Shown here piece after piece: positions 48,672 to 62,856 of a DNA stretch of 64,000 nucleotides; the stretch's first letter is position 1, and every line of letters starts with the position of its first letter. Source of the DNA: Paraspadella gotoi (Eukaryota; Animalia; Chaetognatha); NCBI GenBank assembly GCA_051294375.1, contig CM119270.1, forward strand, positions 3,709,010-3,773,009. Reading direction: 5' to 3'. A program made the position numbers and the translations under genes. The notes below the pieces were generated by a model. The model made no database searches, was not told where the DNA came from, and saw only the letters and a program-made list of their open reading frames with translations.

Positions 48672-49488
48672 TATGGCAACGAGATAGCCTGTGATACCCC
48701 GGGGCGCGGGGTAATCTCCCAACAGGCGTAGGCTGCGGACCTCAGTGACCGCTCTCCGTCTACTGCATGTTTTATACCGGGCATCGTCACATTTAAGCCA
48801 GAAACCGGATACCCGGGGATTGGAACCCGGGACGCACGGGATTGGAATGAGATGATTTAGCCTGTCAGTCCATTGAGACGAGGCTGAGGACGGACAGCAG
48901 TGAGGCACTTTAAGTCTTCTGCCACAGGCATTCCCCCCACCAGACTTCTCCCACAGGGGCCTCAATCCTGAGGATAGATTGTCTGAGAGAAGGTTTTGAT
49001 CTCATTGCCCATAGGAGAGCGTCGAGCGGTGCGATGTACGAGCGGAGCGAGCGAGCGAGCGAGTTCTGGCAGCGTTTACCAGAGAACGTAGGGGCATAGC
49101 CTGATATGCATACCCTAAGCGACGGAAGCGTGGGTCGCACGGTGCGCAGCCGGTTGCGTGTTCGATAGTTGGGCTCACCACTTATAGGCAACGGAAGGAT
49201 AGCCTGTGATACCCGGGTGCGACGCTGGCCCGCATTCCAAGGTCCTTCTCGTACGCAACCTTCGATCTGCTCATGTGAGGGCTAGCTGTGGAGCTCCCTG
49301 CTCGTGTCCGCCTCCGTGTGTCTAACTGGCGATGTTTATACCGGTCACCGTCACATTTGAGCCAGAACCGGGATACCGGATGACGCCGGGACGCACGAAG
49401 TGGAATTGAGATGATTTAGCCTGCTCAGCCATTGAGACGAGGCTAGGGACGGACAGCCAGTGAGGCAGCTTTAAGTCTTGCTGCCACA
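48672..49488 (-). mobile_element. TRIM (miniature non-autonomous LTR retrotransposon) with tRNA-like sequence in its LTRs (Helenus-like)
   Basis: LTRs 49183-49488 and 48672-48926 with minus-strand termini TGTGGCAG...GTTGCC(T)ATA; PBS TGGTGAGCCCAAC 2 nt after the 5' LTR (49180-49168); PPT GGGAGAAGTCTGGTGGGGGGAA before the 3' LTR (48952-48931); TSD AGAT (48668-48671 and 49489-49492); empty site at 46120-46123; B-box-like GGTTCCAATCCC at 48827-48816. Confidence 0.88.
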
Positions 49489-49955
49489 AGATCATAGATA
49501 TGGAAAAAAAAAACCACGACAAAAATAAGAAAAAAAAGGGTGGCGAAGAGTGAAGGCATAAGAGAAAGAGGAGCAGATGAGAGAGAGATAAAAAGAGAGA
49601 ACAAAGATAAAGCACAAGAGAGAAGCCAGAGGATGGAGACAGAGACAGAGAGAGAAAGTGAACGAGGAAAGCGACGGCAGCTCACAACCAAAAACGCGAT
49701 GGCTTTTATCATGGAGAATTTATTCATCGTCGTCTTCGTCGTCTTCGTCGTAGTCGTCGTCGTCTTTTTCTTTTTTTCGACTTCATCGTGTGGTATTCTT
49801 TGTTGTCGTCGTCGTCTTCGTCGTCGTCGTCGTCGTGTCGTCGTCGTCTTTTTCTTTTTTTTCGACTTCATCGTCCTGGTATTCTTTGTTGTCGTCGTCG
49901 TCGTCGTCGGTCGTCGTCGTCGTCGTCTTTGTCGTCGTCGTCGTCGTCGTCTGTC

Positions 49956-51969
49956 GAGATATGTCATCTCCCAAATCCTCCGCCCGCGGGGCGGCTCATA
50001 GGGGCGGCCCCAGGGGCAGACTATTCCAGGGAGCAGCAAATGGTCATTGAGGGGGCGCCCCCTGTGGATTGCCTCAGGGGGCTGCCCCAGGGGGTTCCCC
50101 CTGGGGCCAACATTTTGAGTTTCTATTAGGGGCGGCCCCTAATGCTTAGCCCCTGGGGCCAAAAAAAGTTTGCCCCTGGGGTAACCCTTGGGAGCAAAAA
50201 ACTGCTCCCCAGGGGCGAGTTAAAGAGAGAGCAAAGTTTAGATGAGAAAATAATACTTTCTGATATGTTATTATAAGTCTGAGAATATTTCTCCCTGTCT
50301 GTACTCTCTCTTTCACTCTCCCTTTTTTTTTTTCTCTCTCTCTCTTTTTCTCCCTCTCACTTTTTCTCAATTCTCTCTTTCCTTTCTTTTTCTCTCTATA
50401 TTTTTTTCTCTCTTTTCAAGACTTGTTTATGTAACTGAATTAAATATATCATTTTTTTTTCAATTATTGTTCACTCATCTATTCATATTTTATCTAAAAT
50501 TATAATATTTGTATTTTTTAACCCAATCTATTTTTATTTGCCATTAAAAGATATAGAAACAAGTTTTTAGCAACAATGTAGGATGTAGCCACAAATTTAG
50601 TGGTAAAAAAGCTAATCAGTCATTTGTCTTTTCTTTCTTTCTTTCTTTTTTTATTTTTTTTTCTTTCTTTTTTGTTGGATGGACATACTGACAGACTGAT
50701 AGAGAGAGACATAATTTTTAAAAAAAAATATTCATAATTTGATGTTTAAAGAAATTAAATAAACACCAAACAAATAATGGGCAGTGACTGACAGACCTAC
50801 CTTAGTGAATTATGGATCCCCCCAAAAAAACAATTAAAAACTATTTCATCAACATTAAACGAGTTCTACATCGTAAAATAAATTTTTTTTATTATTTAAT
50901 ATTTGTAATTAATAATTGTCCAGTTTGTAGATTGCTTAAGATGAACCTCCACATTGTAAGTAGGGCTGACGATATGAGAGAAGAGTGAGCAAAACTTTAT
51001 ATTCTAGCATCAATCACATACTTTTCTAACCACACTCAAAATTTTATTCTAATCCATCTATTTAATCACGAATAATTGGAGTTTAATGCTAATATGGGGA
51101 TGGACTTAAAACACTGATATTAATTAATTAATCAATTAATATTTTTTAATAATTTATCTTTTATAAGTGAATTAAAAAATTTAAAACCTTCCTACTCTTT
51201 ATCTATTATTTAAATTTCATAGATGAATTAAAAAAATTTTGTGAGTGGTAAAAAGTGTGCAAGTGAAAGTAGTTTTAAATGGAAAACAAAAGTTACTTTA
51301 ACTTGAACATTATTAAAAAATTTTTTGCACTCTTTTTCTTTCTTTTTTTTTTTATTTCTATCAGATAAAATTATTAATAGCTAATTATTAAGTTATTGTT
51401 GACCAAATTAATTAATTTTGACCAATTATCCAAGTTGTCCAAATTATCTAAGTTGACCAATAGAGTTGACCAAATTATGACTGTGACTAAATTAAGCAAA
51501 TTAACTAATTTATACCAGTTGACCAATTTATGCCAGTGACAAATCTATAAAATTGACCAAATTAGTGCCAAGTTGGTATTGGTGCATCTATTTGTTCATT
51601 GATTGATTAATTGAAGTGAAAAATATTATTCTTTCATTGTAATGAAAAGATGAAAATAGAAAATAGATAGAGAAAGAGAGAGAGAGAGGGAGAGAGAAAG
51701 AGAGAGTAGAGGGAAAGAGAAAATAGGAGGAGAGAGAGCCGTTCCAGGGGCAGGAAAATCTATCCCCTGGGGGTAGCCCCAGGGGGAAAGGGTTTTTCTA
51801 CCCAATGGGATTCCCCTGGAGTGGCCCTTGGGGCTCCAAAAAGAGCGGCTTACGGGGCCGCCCCTAGCCGGTAAAGATTTGCCGCCCCTTCGGGGCCGCC
51901 CCGCGGAGCCCCACGCGGGGCCGCCCCAGCACCGCCCCGGGGGAAGCGATTCTGAAGGATGAACATACT
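49956..51969. mobile_element. ~2-kb non-autonomous TIR DNA transposon (possibly Sola2-like)
   Basis: Left GAGATATGTCATCTCCCAAATCCTCCGCCCGCGGGGCGG vs revcomp of right AGTATGTTCATCCTTCAGAATCGCTTCCCCCGGGGCGG; many subterminal CCCC(A/T)GGGG and GGGGCGGCCCC motifs; probable TGTC TSD within a (GTC)n tract; absent from copy 1. Confidence 0.75.
51395..51570 (+). repeat. (GTTGACCAAATTA)n degenerate tandem array inside the DNA transposon
   Basis: Repeated TTGACCAA(A)TTA cores. Confidence 0.8.
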
Positions 51970-52679
51970 TGTCGTCGTCGTCGTCGTCGTCGTCGTCGTC
52001 TGTAGTCTTACGCGTCGGTGGCGCAGGCGTTCACATAATATAAATTTATGGACTCGACAAAGGAGAGAAAAGATGGGAGGATTTTATACGCGTTGTCGAG
52101 AGTTTGGAAAAAGAATTTTGGGCGTCGTTGTTGTGTTGTCGTCGTTGTTGATGTTTATGTGATAAAAATATAAGGAGGCCAGGTTACTGCAACTCCAGTT
52201 TTCGTCCTTCCGTTTGAAATCTGTCCGTCCGTTCGTCAATTTGTGTCTTACACAGCTCGAACGGACTTGTGAGTATTCGTTTAATTGATTTGCTGGGACG
52301 AATTAATTAAATGGATTTATATTTAAAATTGTTTATCATTTAAAGAGTTACGAGACCCGATTGACAGGTAAAAATATCAAAAAAGTAAGATAAAAAAATA
52401 TGCTCTAAATCCTTTATACAGTCGTTAACATAATAGACGACAGAGATAGAGATAGAGACAGAGTCCGACGAGAAAGAAAATTCAAGTTTATTAAAATCTT
52501 TTAGTTCACTAAAATCAGTTCTTCTTAAAGAGTCCCACTCCAGAGAGAAGCCATTAATTCTATACCTACTCGTCTTTCTCTCTCTCCTCTCTCTCTCATC
52601 ACTCTCTCTCTCTCTCCTACTCCCCTCTTCTCTCTCTCATCTCTCTCTCCTCTCTCTTCTCTCCTCTTTTCTCCTCCTC

Positions 52680-54930
<2,251 letters not shown>

Positions 54931-54942
54931 GGCTCACGCGAG

Positions 54943-55705
54943 CAATCAAACGTGTCTCCCAACGCCCGTACCACGTCCCCGGCCGCGCACCTGAATTTCC
55001 CGGCGCCCCGTTTTCCCCCCACCGTCCCGCGCTCCTACTTACCCTCGCGCCCGCTCGTCCCGCGTCCGTGTCTCTCCCCGGCCCCCCCATCGCTCCCGGC
55101 GCCCGACTGTGCTTCCGGCGCCCATCCGTCCTCGCGGCGTTCCGCGCTCCCTCCGCCGCTCTCGACGCCGGCCCGACCGCGAATATCGATTAATTATATT
55201 GCAATATTTGTCCATTAATAACGGCCATCTCTCAATTATATATGTAGACATACATAGATGGTTTCTTTGTAAGTTTACTATTCAAGTGAAGAACCCGCTA
55301 TGAAATCGTTGATTTATCTTTTTCACAACAAACCTTCCCTACTACAGTATATCGATAGTTAAAAATATTTATCCCCTAAACACTACACTCATTCTATAAC
55401 TAACGATCCACCTTAGAAGTACAATTTTTAATCGCCCGCGTTATATCGTTTGTGTTGCGCCGCAAATGGTCAAGTGACGCATTTCCGGGCGCAATCCCCA
55501 ATATAGCGCCTTTTATCGCTGGAGCGTCAAGAGATGCGTTGTCTGGAGAGATCGTCACTGAGGAAGAAAAAGGAACAAGACGACAATTATTAGACGACGA
55601 CGACGGAAGACGACACGAGACGACGGCGATGGAGGGTCCCCGCTCGCTGCTATCCTTTATCACGCGAGCACCACCAGCGCAGCGCGCCCCATAGCAGGGA
55701 AAGAG

Positions 55706-55738
<33 letters not shown>

Positions 55739-56092
55739 GAGGGAGAGAGAAATGAGACGAGAAAGCACCTGAACCACGACCAATTTCTTTTTATTTCTCA
55801 TTCTCTTCCTTTTGCTTTCTCTTTTCCTTTTCCTTCGTCGCCTTTCTCGTTATCGAATATGCAGTGGCAAACATCGTTGCATCTGTTATAAACACTAGAA
55901 TTTTTCTAATTAACTTACTCGATTGTATTATAAGTAGTGTATTTGATTACAAATTAAAAATTTCGTAACAAATCTTAAAATTCTTAAAATTATCTTATAC
56001 TTCTTGCTAGAACATCAAGAGTCCATTTCCTCAAACAAGAAGGCTATCTTACCTTACAGAACGCATAGGTGGGATTCAAGGATGTCCAACCC
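54943..56092 (+). repeat. ~1.1-kb duplicated segment, partner at 62857-63922
   Basis: Shared ATAGATGGTTTCTTTGTAAG..GAAGAACCCGCTATGAAATCG..GAGGGTCCCGCTCGCTGCTATC..GCTATCTTACCTT. Confidence 0.85.
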
Positions 56093-58177
56093 CCCCCCCT
56101 TCCACCCTCCGCCCGACACATCACCTACTTCCTCTCGCACCTCTATCATCCATCACGTTTTCGTTGTTCTAATTCTCTCCTTAATAAAAATATATTTCGT
56201 CTAAAACTATTTAATAATATGAAGCATCCTTCGCCACTTTTTCCTCCTAAATTCTCCCATCCATTTAACACCTGCACGGTCCAGTCTCTCTCTCTCTCTC
56301 TCTTCTCTCTCTCCTCTCTCTCTCTCTCTCCCTCTCTCTCTCTCTCTTCTCTCTCTCCTCTCTCTGCTCTCTCATCCTTCCTTCCGCCGAATTAAACCGA
56401 GATTTCTCGGTGAAAAAACGAAACGAAAATTTTCCGATGAGAAAATAGAATCTCGACTCGAGAGGAAGGTTTAGGTGTTTCGTTGGATGGTTGTGTTCCT
56501 CGATATTCCCAGATTTGCAGATTAAAAAGTTGTGAGAAAGTTATTTAGACAAACTTTTGGGTGAAGTTAACGGGATGAATTATCTTAAGTGGTTGATATA
56601 TTCGAATGAATTTCATGGTTTTTTTTTTTAAAAATAGATTCGATAATAGCACAAATCTTAATCCCTTTGTCGTGTCGCTGTCGTTGTCGTGTCGTTGTCG
56701 TTTCGGATTCACCCAAACGGTTGCCCTTTTCGATAAGAGAAAAGTAATATTATATAAAAGATCATCGTATTAGTGGCGATTGAAAACTATACCCGCGCTG
56801 CGCCAAAAACTCGAATGTACAACTTTACAAAGAACACAGCAACAACAATAGTACAAACTTGCCTGCATTACCCTACTAGCATATTTCTCAATAAAGATGT
56901 CTCATTGTTTTTTGGTCATGTATAGAATATAACTAATTAAAGAATATCTACTACCTTTTTTAATTTCCCTAAATCCCGTTTTTCCATTCCTCTCTTTTTC
57001 CTCTCTTTCCTCTCTATTCACTGTCTTTCCAGTCTTGTCCCTTTTCCCTACTTTCCCTTTTTTCTCTCTTTTCCACTCTTTCTTTCTCTTTTTTCACTTT
57101 TTTACCTCTCTTATCCTCTCTTTCCCTATATTTTCCTCTCTTTCCAATTCTTTTCCTCTCTTTTCCCTATCTTTTCTCTATTCCCTCTCTTTTCTCTTTT
57201 TTTCCTCTTTCCTTTTTCCATCTCTTACAACTCTTATCCTTCTCCCTCTTTTTCTCTTATCACCTCCTCTCTCCCCCCCCTTCCCGATTATTCCACACTG
57301 CAAAATCACCATCGAGTTTATAGACTCGCATAACACTTCGTTTTTCCCTTCCCGCTCGTAAAACCCCAGTTCCTTTACTATATCCTTCCACCATATCCTA
57401 ATTTTTCCTCCCTTATCTCTTCATCCCTCCTTATTCTTTATCTTTTTCTCTTAACATGATCCATTTTAATATCATAGATCCCATTTTATCCATTTACGTT
57501 TCAGTCTCATCTCTGTTACATGCTGTCCTTTTTTGCGCCTAAATTCGAAATTAATTACGATTAAAAGTCTTTAAACAATTAAGGGGTTTTTATAAACGAG
57601 GGTATATGTTGGAGATTTTTGTTAATGGATGAGGTTAAAAACTTAATAAGAATTTAATTCAGTAATTAGAAACAGGAAATCGGCTTCTCTTTGGAAATAG
57701 ACATACTTTTCCTTTTCTTTGCATAACTTCCTTTTTAATTCTTTCCCGCGCTTTTCGCTCTTTTCCTCTCCCTTTCCTCTTTTCCTTTTACTTTTGCGTC
57801 CCGATCATAATACCATGTTGCACCCAGGTCCATGCTGTAAATCTTCTTCTATTTTAGCTATTCTTTATCCCATGCCATTCTACCTCCAGACTGAGACAGT
57901 GCATCCTCTCCTTTCCCACCTCACAGCTCCACAATTTTCACCACCATGATTTCGCTAAAATAAGAAACGCCAGGAACCGCAGTCGCCACTCTCGCCACGC
58001 GCCGCCATCCATCCAGCGCGACCCTCCACACTACGTACCGTAATCGACTACTACGCCCCCCCCCCCAGCCGGCGTCAATTCGGAGCAAAGATTATGCCCA
58101 AAGAATATGCGGGATCTACGCATCGGGATCCCAAAACCACAAACAGGTGAACATTCAAAAGCCAAAACATTCTATCT

Positions 58178-58211
<34 letters not shown>

Positions 58212-60939
58212 TCTCTCTCATCTCTCTCTCTCTCTCTCTCCGCTCCTCTCTCATCATTTGACGGCTCTTCCTCGCTATTTTTCCCCAGGAATAATCTTAT
58301 TAGTGGAGATAGGCGCATCACGCTCAGAAAAGAGAGAGAGAGAGAGTCAGAGAGAGAAGAGAAGAGAAAGAAGAGAGAGACAGACGAGAGAGAAGAGAGA
58401 CGAGAGAGAGAAAAGAGGGAGAAGAGAGAGAGACAGAGAAGAGCTGCTGCAAACTTATGAACAAAGGAGAATGCGAGGGACATGAAGAAGGACAAAAGTA
58501 AAAAGAATCACAGAATGAAATGGCGCTTAAGTCGCGATCACTCATCAAACTTATAATTAGCTAAAAAACTGAGCTAGATTCGAAAGGAGAGCTCTGACGA
58601 TTCCGAAAATGTATTTACTTTACTATTTTTTCAAATGCGTCATCTTTTTCGATATTTTTTCTGTAACTATATAAATAAACAGGAACCTATTGAGAAAGAA
58701 GTTAGCAGCCCAAACAGTACAGTGCCGTGTTTCATTAAACTTTGGCTATCTGAATTACCTTTAAGTCACGAACTCCAATTACTAATGAAAAGATTACTTC
58801 AAAATTGCCTTCCTTCATATAAAATATGAATTATTTTACAACCAATTGGGAATTAATTCCTTTATATCTTTGAATCGAAAAACATTTTTTCAAAACACGC
58901 TCATAGAATCTTCCCCCACCTTTCTTTTCTTGCCAATATTTTATCTTCTTCATAAGAGTCAACGGTCATTGAACTGCACTCTTGCAGTTTTTAACTCACT
59001 CTCAGAAAGTTAAAAATTCTGTCTCATTAAACTCTTAATTTACATAAAGTAAAAAGTCAAATTGAAATACAGATTCGATAAGTTTATAACTCGTAAACAT
59101 TAAAGGTATAAAACAACCGTCTAAAATGTGTAGTAGTTATTTTAGAACTTATTAGTGATAAACTCCAAGTATGTACTATTTACAAGAGGAATTAAATATA
59201 AGAAGTAGAAATTGGCTTACTGTAAAGAAATCAGGTTTGAGTTAAAAATTTAGTTGTAGAAATTTAACTTACCATATAAAAAATTATTTTCTCTTGAAAA
59301 TCTAGTATTTACGAAAAAAATATGTTTAATATTCTTTATGAAATTTATTTAGATTTTAAACTTTTCGAATTAGTTTTTCAATAGAAAACCTCTACAATGA
59401 TATAGAAAATGAATGTAAATCAAAATTAAGATTTCTATAATTTTAATTGAGTGATCCCTGGCCTTAAGCCCATTTCGCCAACTGTTGCAAAGAAAAAAAC
59501 ACAGTCATCAGACAACAGAACAGATAGACAGCCACTTATCCATACCTATCCACAATACAATTATACAGACAGAACAGACACACGATAGACTTACCGCGAA
59601 CAAACCCACGAAGCACATTCTCAGTCTCAGATTCCCAATTGCCAAATCTCACTCCGTCTTCCGTCTACTTTTTCCTCCGCATTAAATTCACACTTCTTTC
59701 TTTTGTTTTTTTGTGAAGAATTCTTGACAGCCATTACCGAAAAGGCACTTCTTCTCTGTCCGTCTGTACCCGTCTTAATTTCTGACGCTACAGAAAGAGG
59801 CATTCTTCTGTCCGCTCTGTCCATTCCAGTCTAAAACTTTTCCTCTTTCATATTCTATTCAAACGCCCGTCTCGTCTCCCTTCATCACAATCGAATGCCT
59901 TATATTCCAATCAAAATAAATACATTATATACTAAACCAGCTTAAGAAATAAAAACAATAAAACGGGACGCTTTCGAAATAGTCGCCGTCGAATGCTCTC
60001 CCTTTTATTCTTCCCTCCTTACTTCGCCGGTAGGACGGAGAGGAAGAGGAGAGGGGAGGTGACATGCCAATCCCTGTTGCAATAATATGCAGATGACGAG
60101 ATCTCTCATCGTTATAACCATAAACGCTTGATTAATCCGATACAGAGTTTAAACACGCTGAACCACGCACAATGAGTAGAAATGAGGAAGGAGAGTTGGG
60201 TTAGGTAAGATGAGAGGAGGAGGGGGGGTTGAGAGGGGGAACGGGATGGATAAAGCTTATGAGGGGGCATTAGAAGGGTATGGAGGGGAGATAAGAAGGT
60301 TAGTGTAGAGGGGATAGAAGGTATGGATGGGCTAGAGTATGCTAGTGAGATAAAAGATTTGTACGAGATTGTTAAGAGGAGAAGCAAGGAGTATTCCAAC
60401 CCTCAAAAAGAAATGGCTTACAACACGCCCAGCATGATCCATTTGGTCTAAGTTAAATTTTTATTAGTTAAAAACAATACTTGAATACTGATTTGGATTT
60501 TTTTATAACTGGCAACGCTAAGGTGAACTAGGTTAATATTTGCCTGATCTAATGAGCAAGTGTTCTGAATATTGTTAGTAACAGAAATGATATTTTCTTA
60601 ATAAATATAGCAAACTTTCGTAATCAAAATAATTTTGCTTATTATTTATTTTAGAAATAAATAAATATCAATACTATTTTCTTTCTTATGTTTTATTTCA
60701 TTATGCAACTAATATTCTTTAATTGTTATTACTATCATTTAAGCCCAAAATTACTATTCCCTAGATGTAATGAAATACTGATTATCATAAGTAGCCATGG
60801 TCATTTACTCTGAATCTACTCTGGCTACTACCAGAACCAAACCAATAAAATTATTAAAGGAACAGATATTCATTGAATATTAACTAAAGTAATTCAATTA
60901 ATTAACATATAGTAAAGAAACCATATAATACCCAATGAG

Positions 60940-61110
60940 GATGATACATTAAGAGATTTGGCATGTACAGTAATTCAGTTGAATCCTATATGATTGACAA
61001 GATTTAAACTCGATCCAAAGATGATATGTAACAATTGTACCCAAGACTTCAAGTCGCCCAATAAACTATTCTTGTACTCTATTAAAATGCGCAAAAGCTA
61101 CTAGAATTCT
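60940..61110 (+). pseudogene. Possible L1/Tx1-type ORF2 C-terminal zinc-finger (zf-RVT-like) fragment
   Basis: One frame reads LTRFKLDPKMICNNCTQDFKSPNKLFLYS, resembling C-x2-C...HLF-x2-C, but the His and last Cys are not intact. Confidence 0.3.
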
Positions 61111-61289
61111 TGCACGAATTTTATGATCTACTAACAAACATCCCAATGCTGATTAATATTACACAAAATTCGCAGCGCAATTATAGAAATTAACATATCC
61201 TATGGATCATAATTATATCACAAATTGTGTTTTTCTTTCTCTTCGTTGTTGTTTTTTAAGATTTGAGAGAAAAGAATTTCATTAAAACA

Positions 61290-61850
61290 ACACGACTTTA
61301 TTATGATTAAACAATACACTGTTTCGATCTGAATTTTGCAATCTTCATCATGCTTATTTAATTTTGATAATCACATAATTTTTTGTTTCACAAGTAAACA
61401 TGAGAAATGGATGAAGAGAAGTAGAGAAAAATAAATGTTTTCTAACAAAGAAATACAAAAAAGGACATGTGGTCAGTTTGGTAGGTAGTTGAGAGAGAGA
61501 AAGAGGTGGTAGGAAAAGAAAATTAAATTTGCAGAGAGAGAGAGTAGAGAGAGATAGCATAGTAACAATTAGATCAATACATTATACATCTTATACTCTT
61601 AATACATTATTCATCTTTCTTTCGCTCTGCAATATTTTAATTTCGTTTTCCTCACCACCTTCCTTCTCTCTGCTCAAAACTTGCCCTATCCTCAAAGCTG
61701 ACCATACTGTCATTTTTTTAATTTCTTTGTTGGAAACATTATTTCTCTCTCTCTCTCTCTTTCTCTCCCTCCTTTCACTGTTTAAATTGGAAACAAAAAA
61801 TTATTACTACTCAAAAACCAAGAGTGACCGCGATCCGAAAGCGTACAGCG
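61290..61850. mobile_element. Second Penelope-like fold-back (inverted pseudo-LTR) remnant
   Basis: Arm 61375-61545 is the revcomp of 61615-61805 (e.g. ATTTCTTTGTT(A/G)GAAACATT..GAAACAAAAAATTAT); the left arm extends into a hammerhead motif and AATAAA. Confidence 0.6.
61308..61360 (-). ncRNA. Minimal type-I hammerhead ribozyme motif (degenerate)
   Basis: Minus strand TAAATAAG-C(A)TGATGA-AGATTGCAAAATTCAGATC-GAAAC-AGTGTA-TTGTTTA; stem I TAAATAA/TTGTTTA; stem II GAT(C)TG/CAGATC with indels. Confidence 0.55.
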
Positions 61851-62856
61851 AACCTGTGGAAGGCCGATTGAAGAACCAACGACATAAAAAATTGAGAATA
61901 AAAGGATTAACCCGGACGTAGTTAGATAGCCCTGCGTTTTCGTTCACTGGTCATTTAGTGTGGATGTTAGAAATGAAATGTATTTTATTATTGAAAATCT
62001 TGGCAGGGAGCCCCCGCCTGTTTTCTGGGGGGCTCTTCTCTTTTTTTCTTGAATTTTTTTCTTCAAAATTCTGGTTTAATTTATTCAACATTTAAAGTTG
62101 TTGTTCCTAATTATTTTATTCACTTTTTCTTTCTTTTTTATTTTTGTTTTCTGCTTTATTCTTTCCTCGCTGGTCGAGAATCTATGAAAATTAATATTAT
62201 TTTTTAATATCTTTCATATATCAAATAAAATCTAACTGAAAAAAAGATTTTTTATCCTTGAAAAAACTGTAATTAGTAAATAAATTTAAATACACTTTTT
62301 TAATTCTATAAAACTAAAAAATTTTTCCTTATATATTATTTCTTTAAATTTCAAGTACTTCCTTTTTTAAAATCCACTAATGTTTTTCATTTACAACAAG
62401 TTTAAACCAAAAGATTGATCTTGTGTTCATGGCAATATTGATAATATTATGTTATACTACTAATCTTAAAACCTGTCTCTCTGATTTCTAATTCTTTTTC
62501 CCCTCTTCACTGAACAAACAAGCAAATAAAAAAGATAGAAAAAATAAAGTCATAAATGGATTAATAACAATTTGAGTAAACAATGCCGGATCTGCCACAA
62601 GCATTAGCGGGAATTAAATGGATTAACTTAATTGAAAAATAAATGTATTTAATAATTAAAATAAATAACATCAACAATTGCGCCGAGCCTCAAATGATTT
62701 GAACAAAGACGACAACGACGATGAATACAATGACGAAAACGACGACGAAATCTTTGACTTTGTAGAGCCGTAGCTACATATAGTCAATAAGAATGACCTG
62801 TTATCTCTCTCTTTTGTTCACCACGAGACGTCTCAGTTTCCGGCTTCGGGTCGAGC

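Larger units (their letters stand above)
47066..52575 (+). repeat. 2.5-kb duplicated segment, copy 2 (with two TE insertions)
   Basis: Matches copy 1 apart from homopolymer indels, the TRIM, a doubled ~70-nt unit and the 2-kb DNA transposon. Confidence 0.9.

Noticed and set aside
48672-49488. Retrozyme (hammerhead-bearing LTRs) or HDV-like ribozyme in the TRIM
   Set aside because: No CUGANGA..GAAA..UH arrangement or HDV pseudoknot pairing could be built in either LTR by eye.
60110-60420. L2/CR1 ORF2 3' fragment on the minus strand
   Set aside because: Only vague similarity (TISYKSF, HKLYPSRS); the conserved WN-LP motif was not found.
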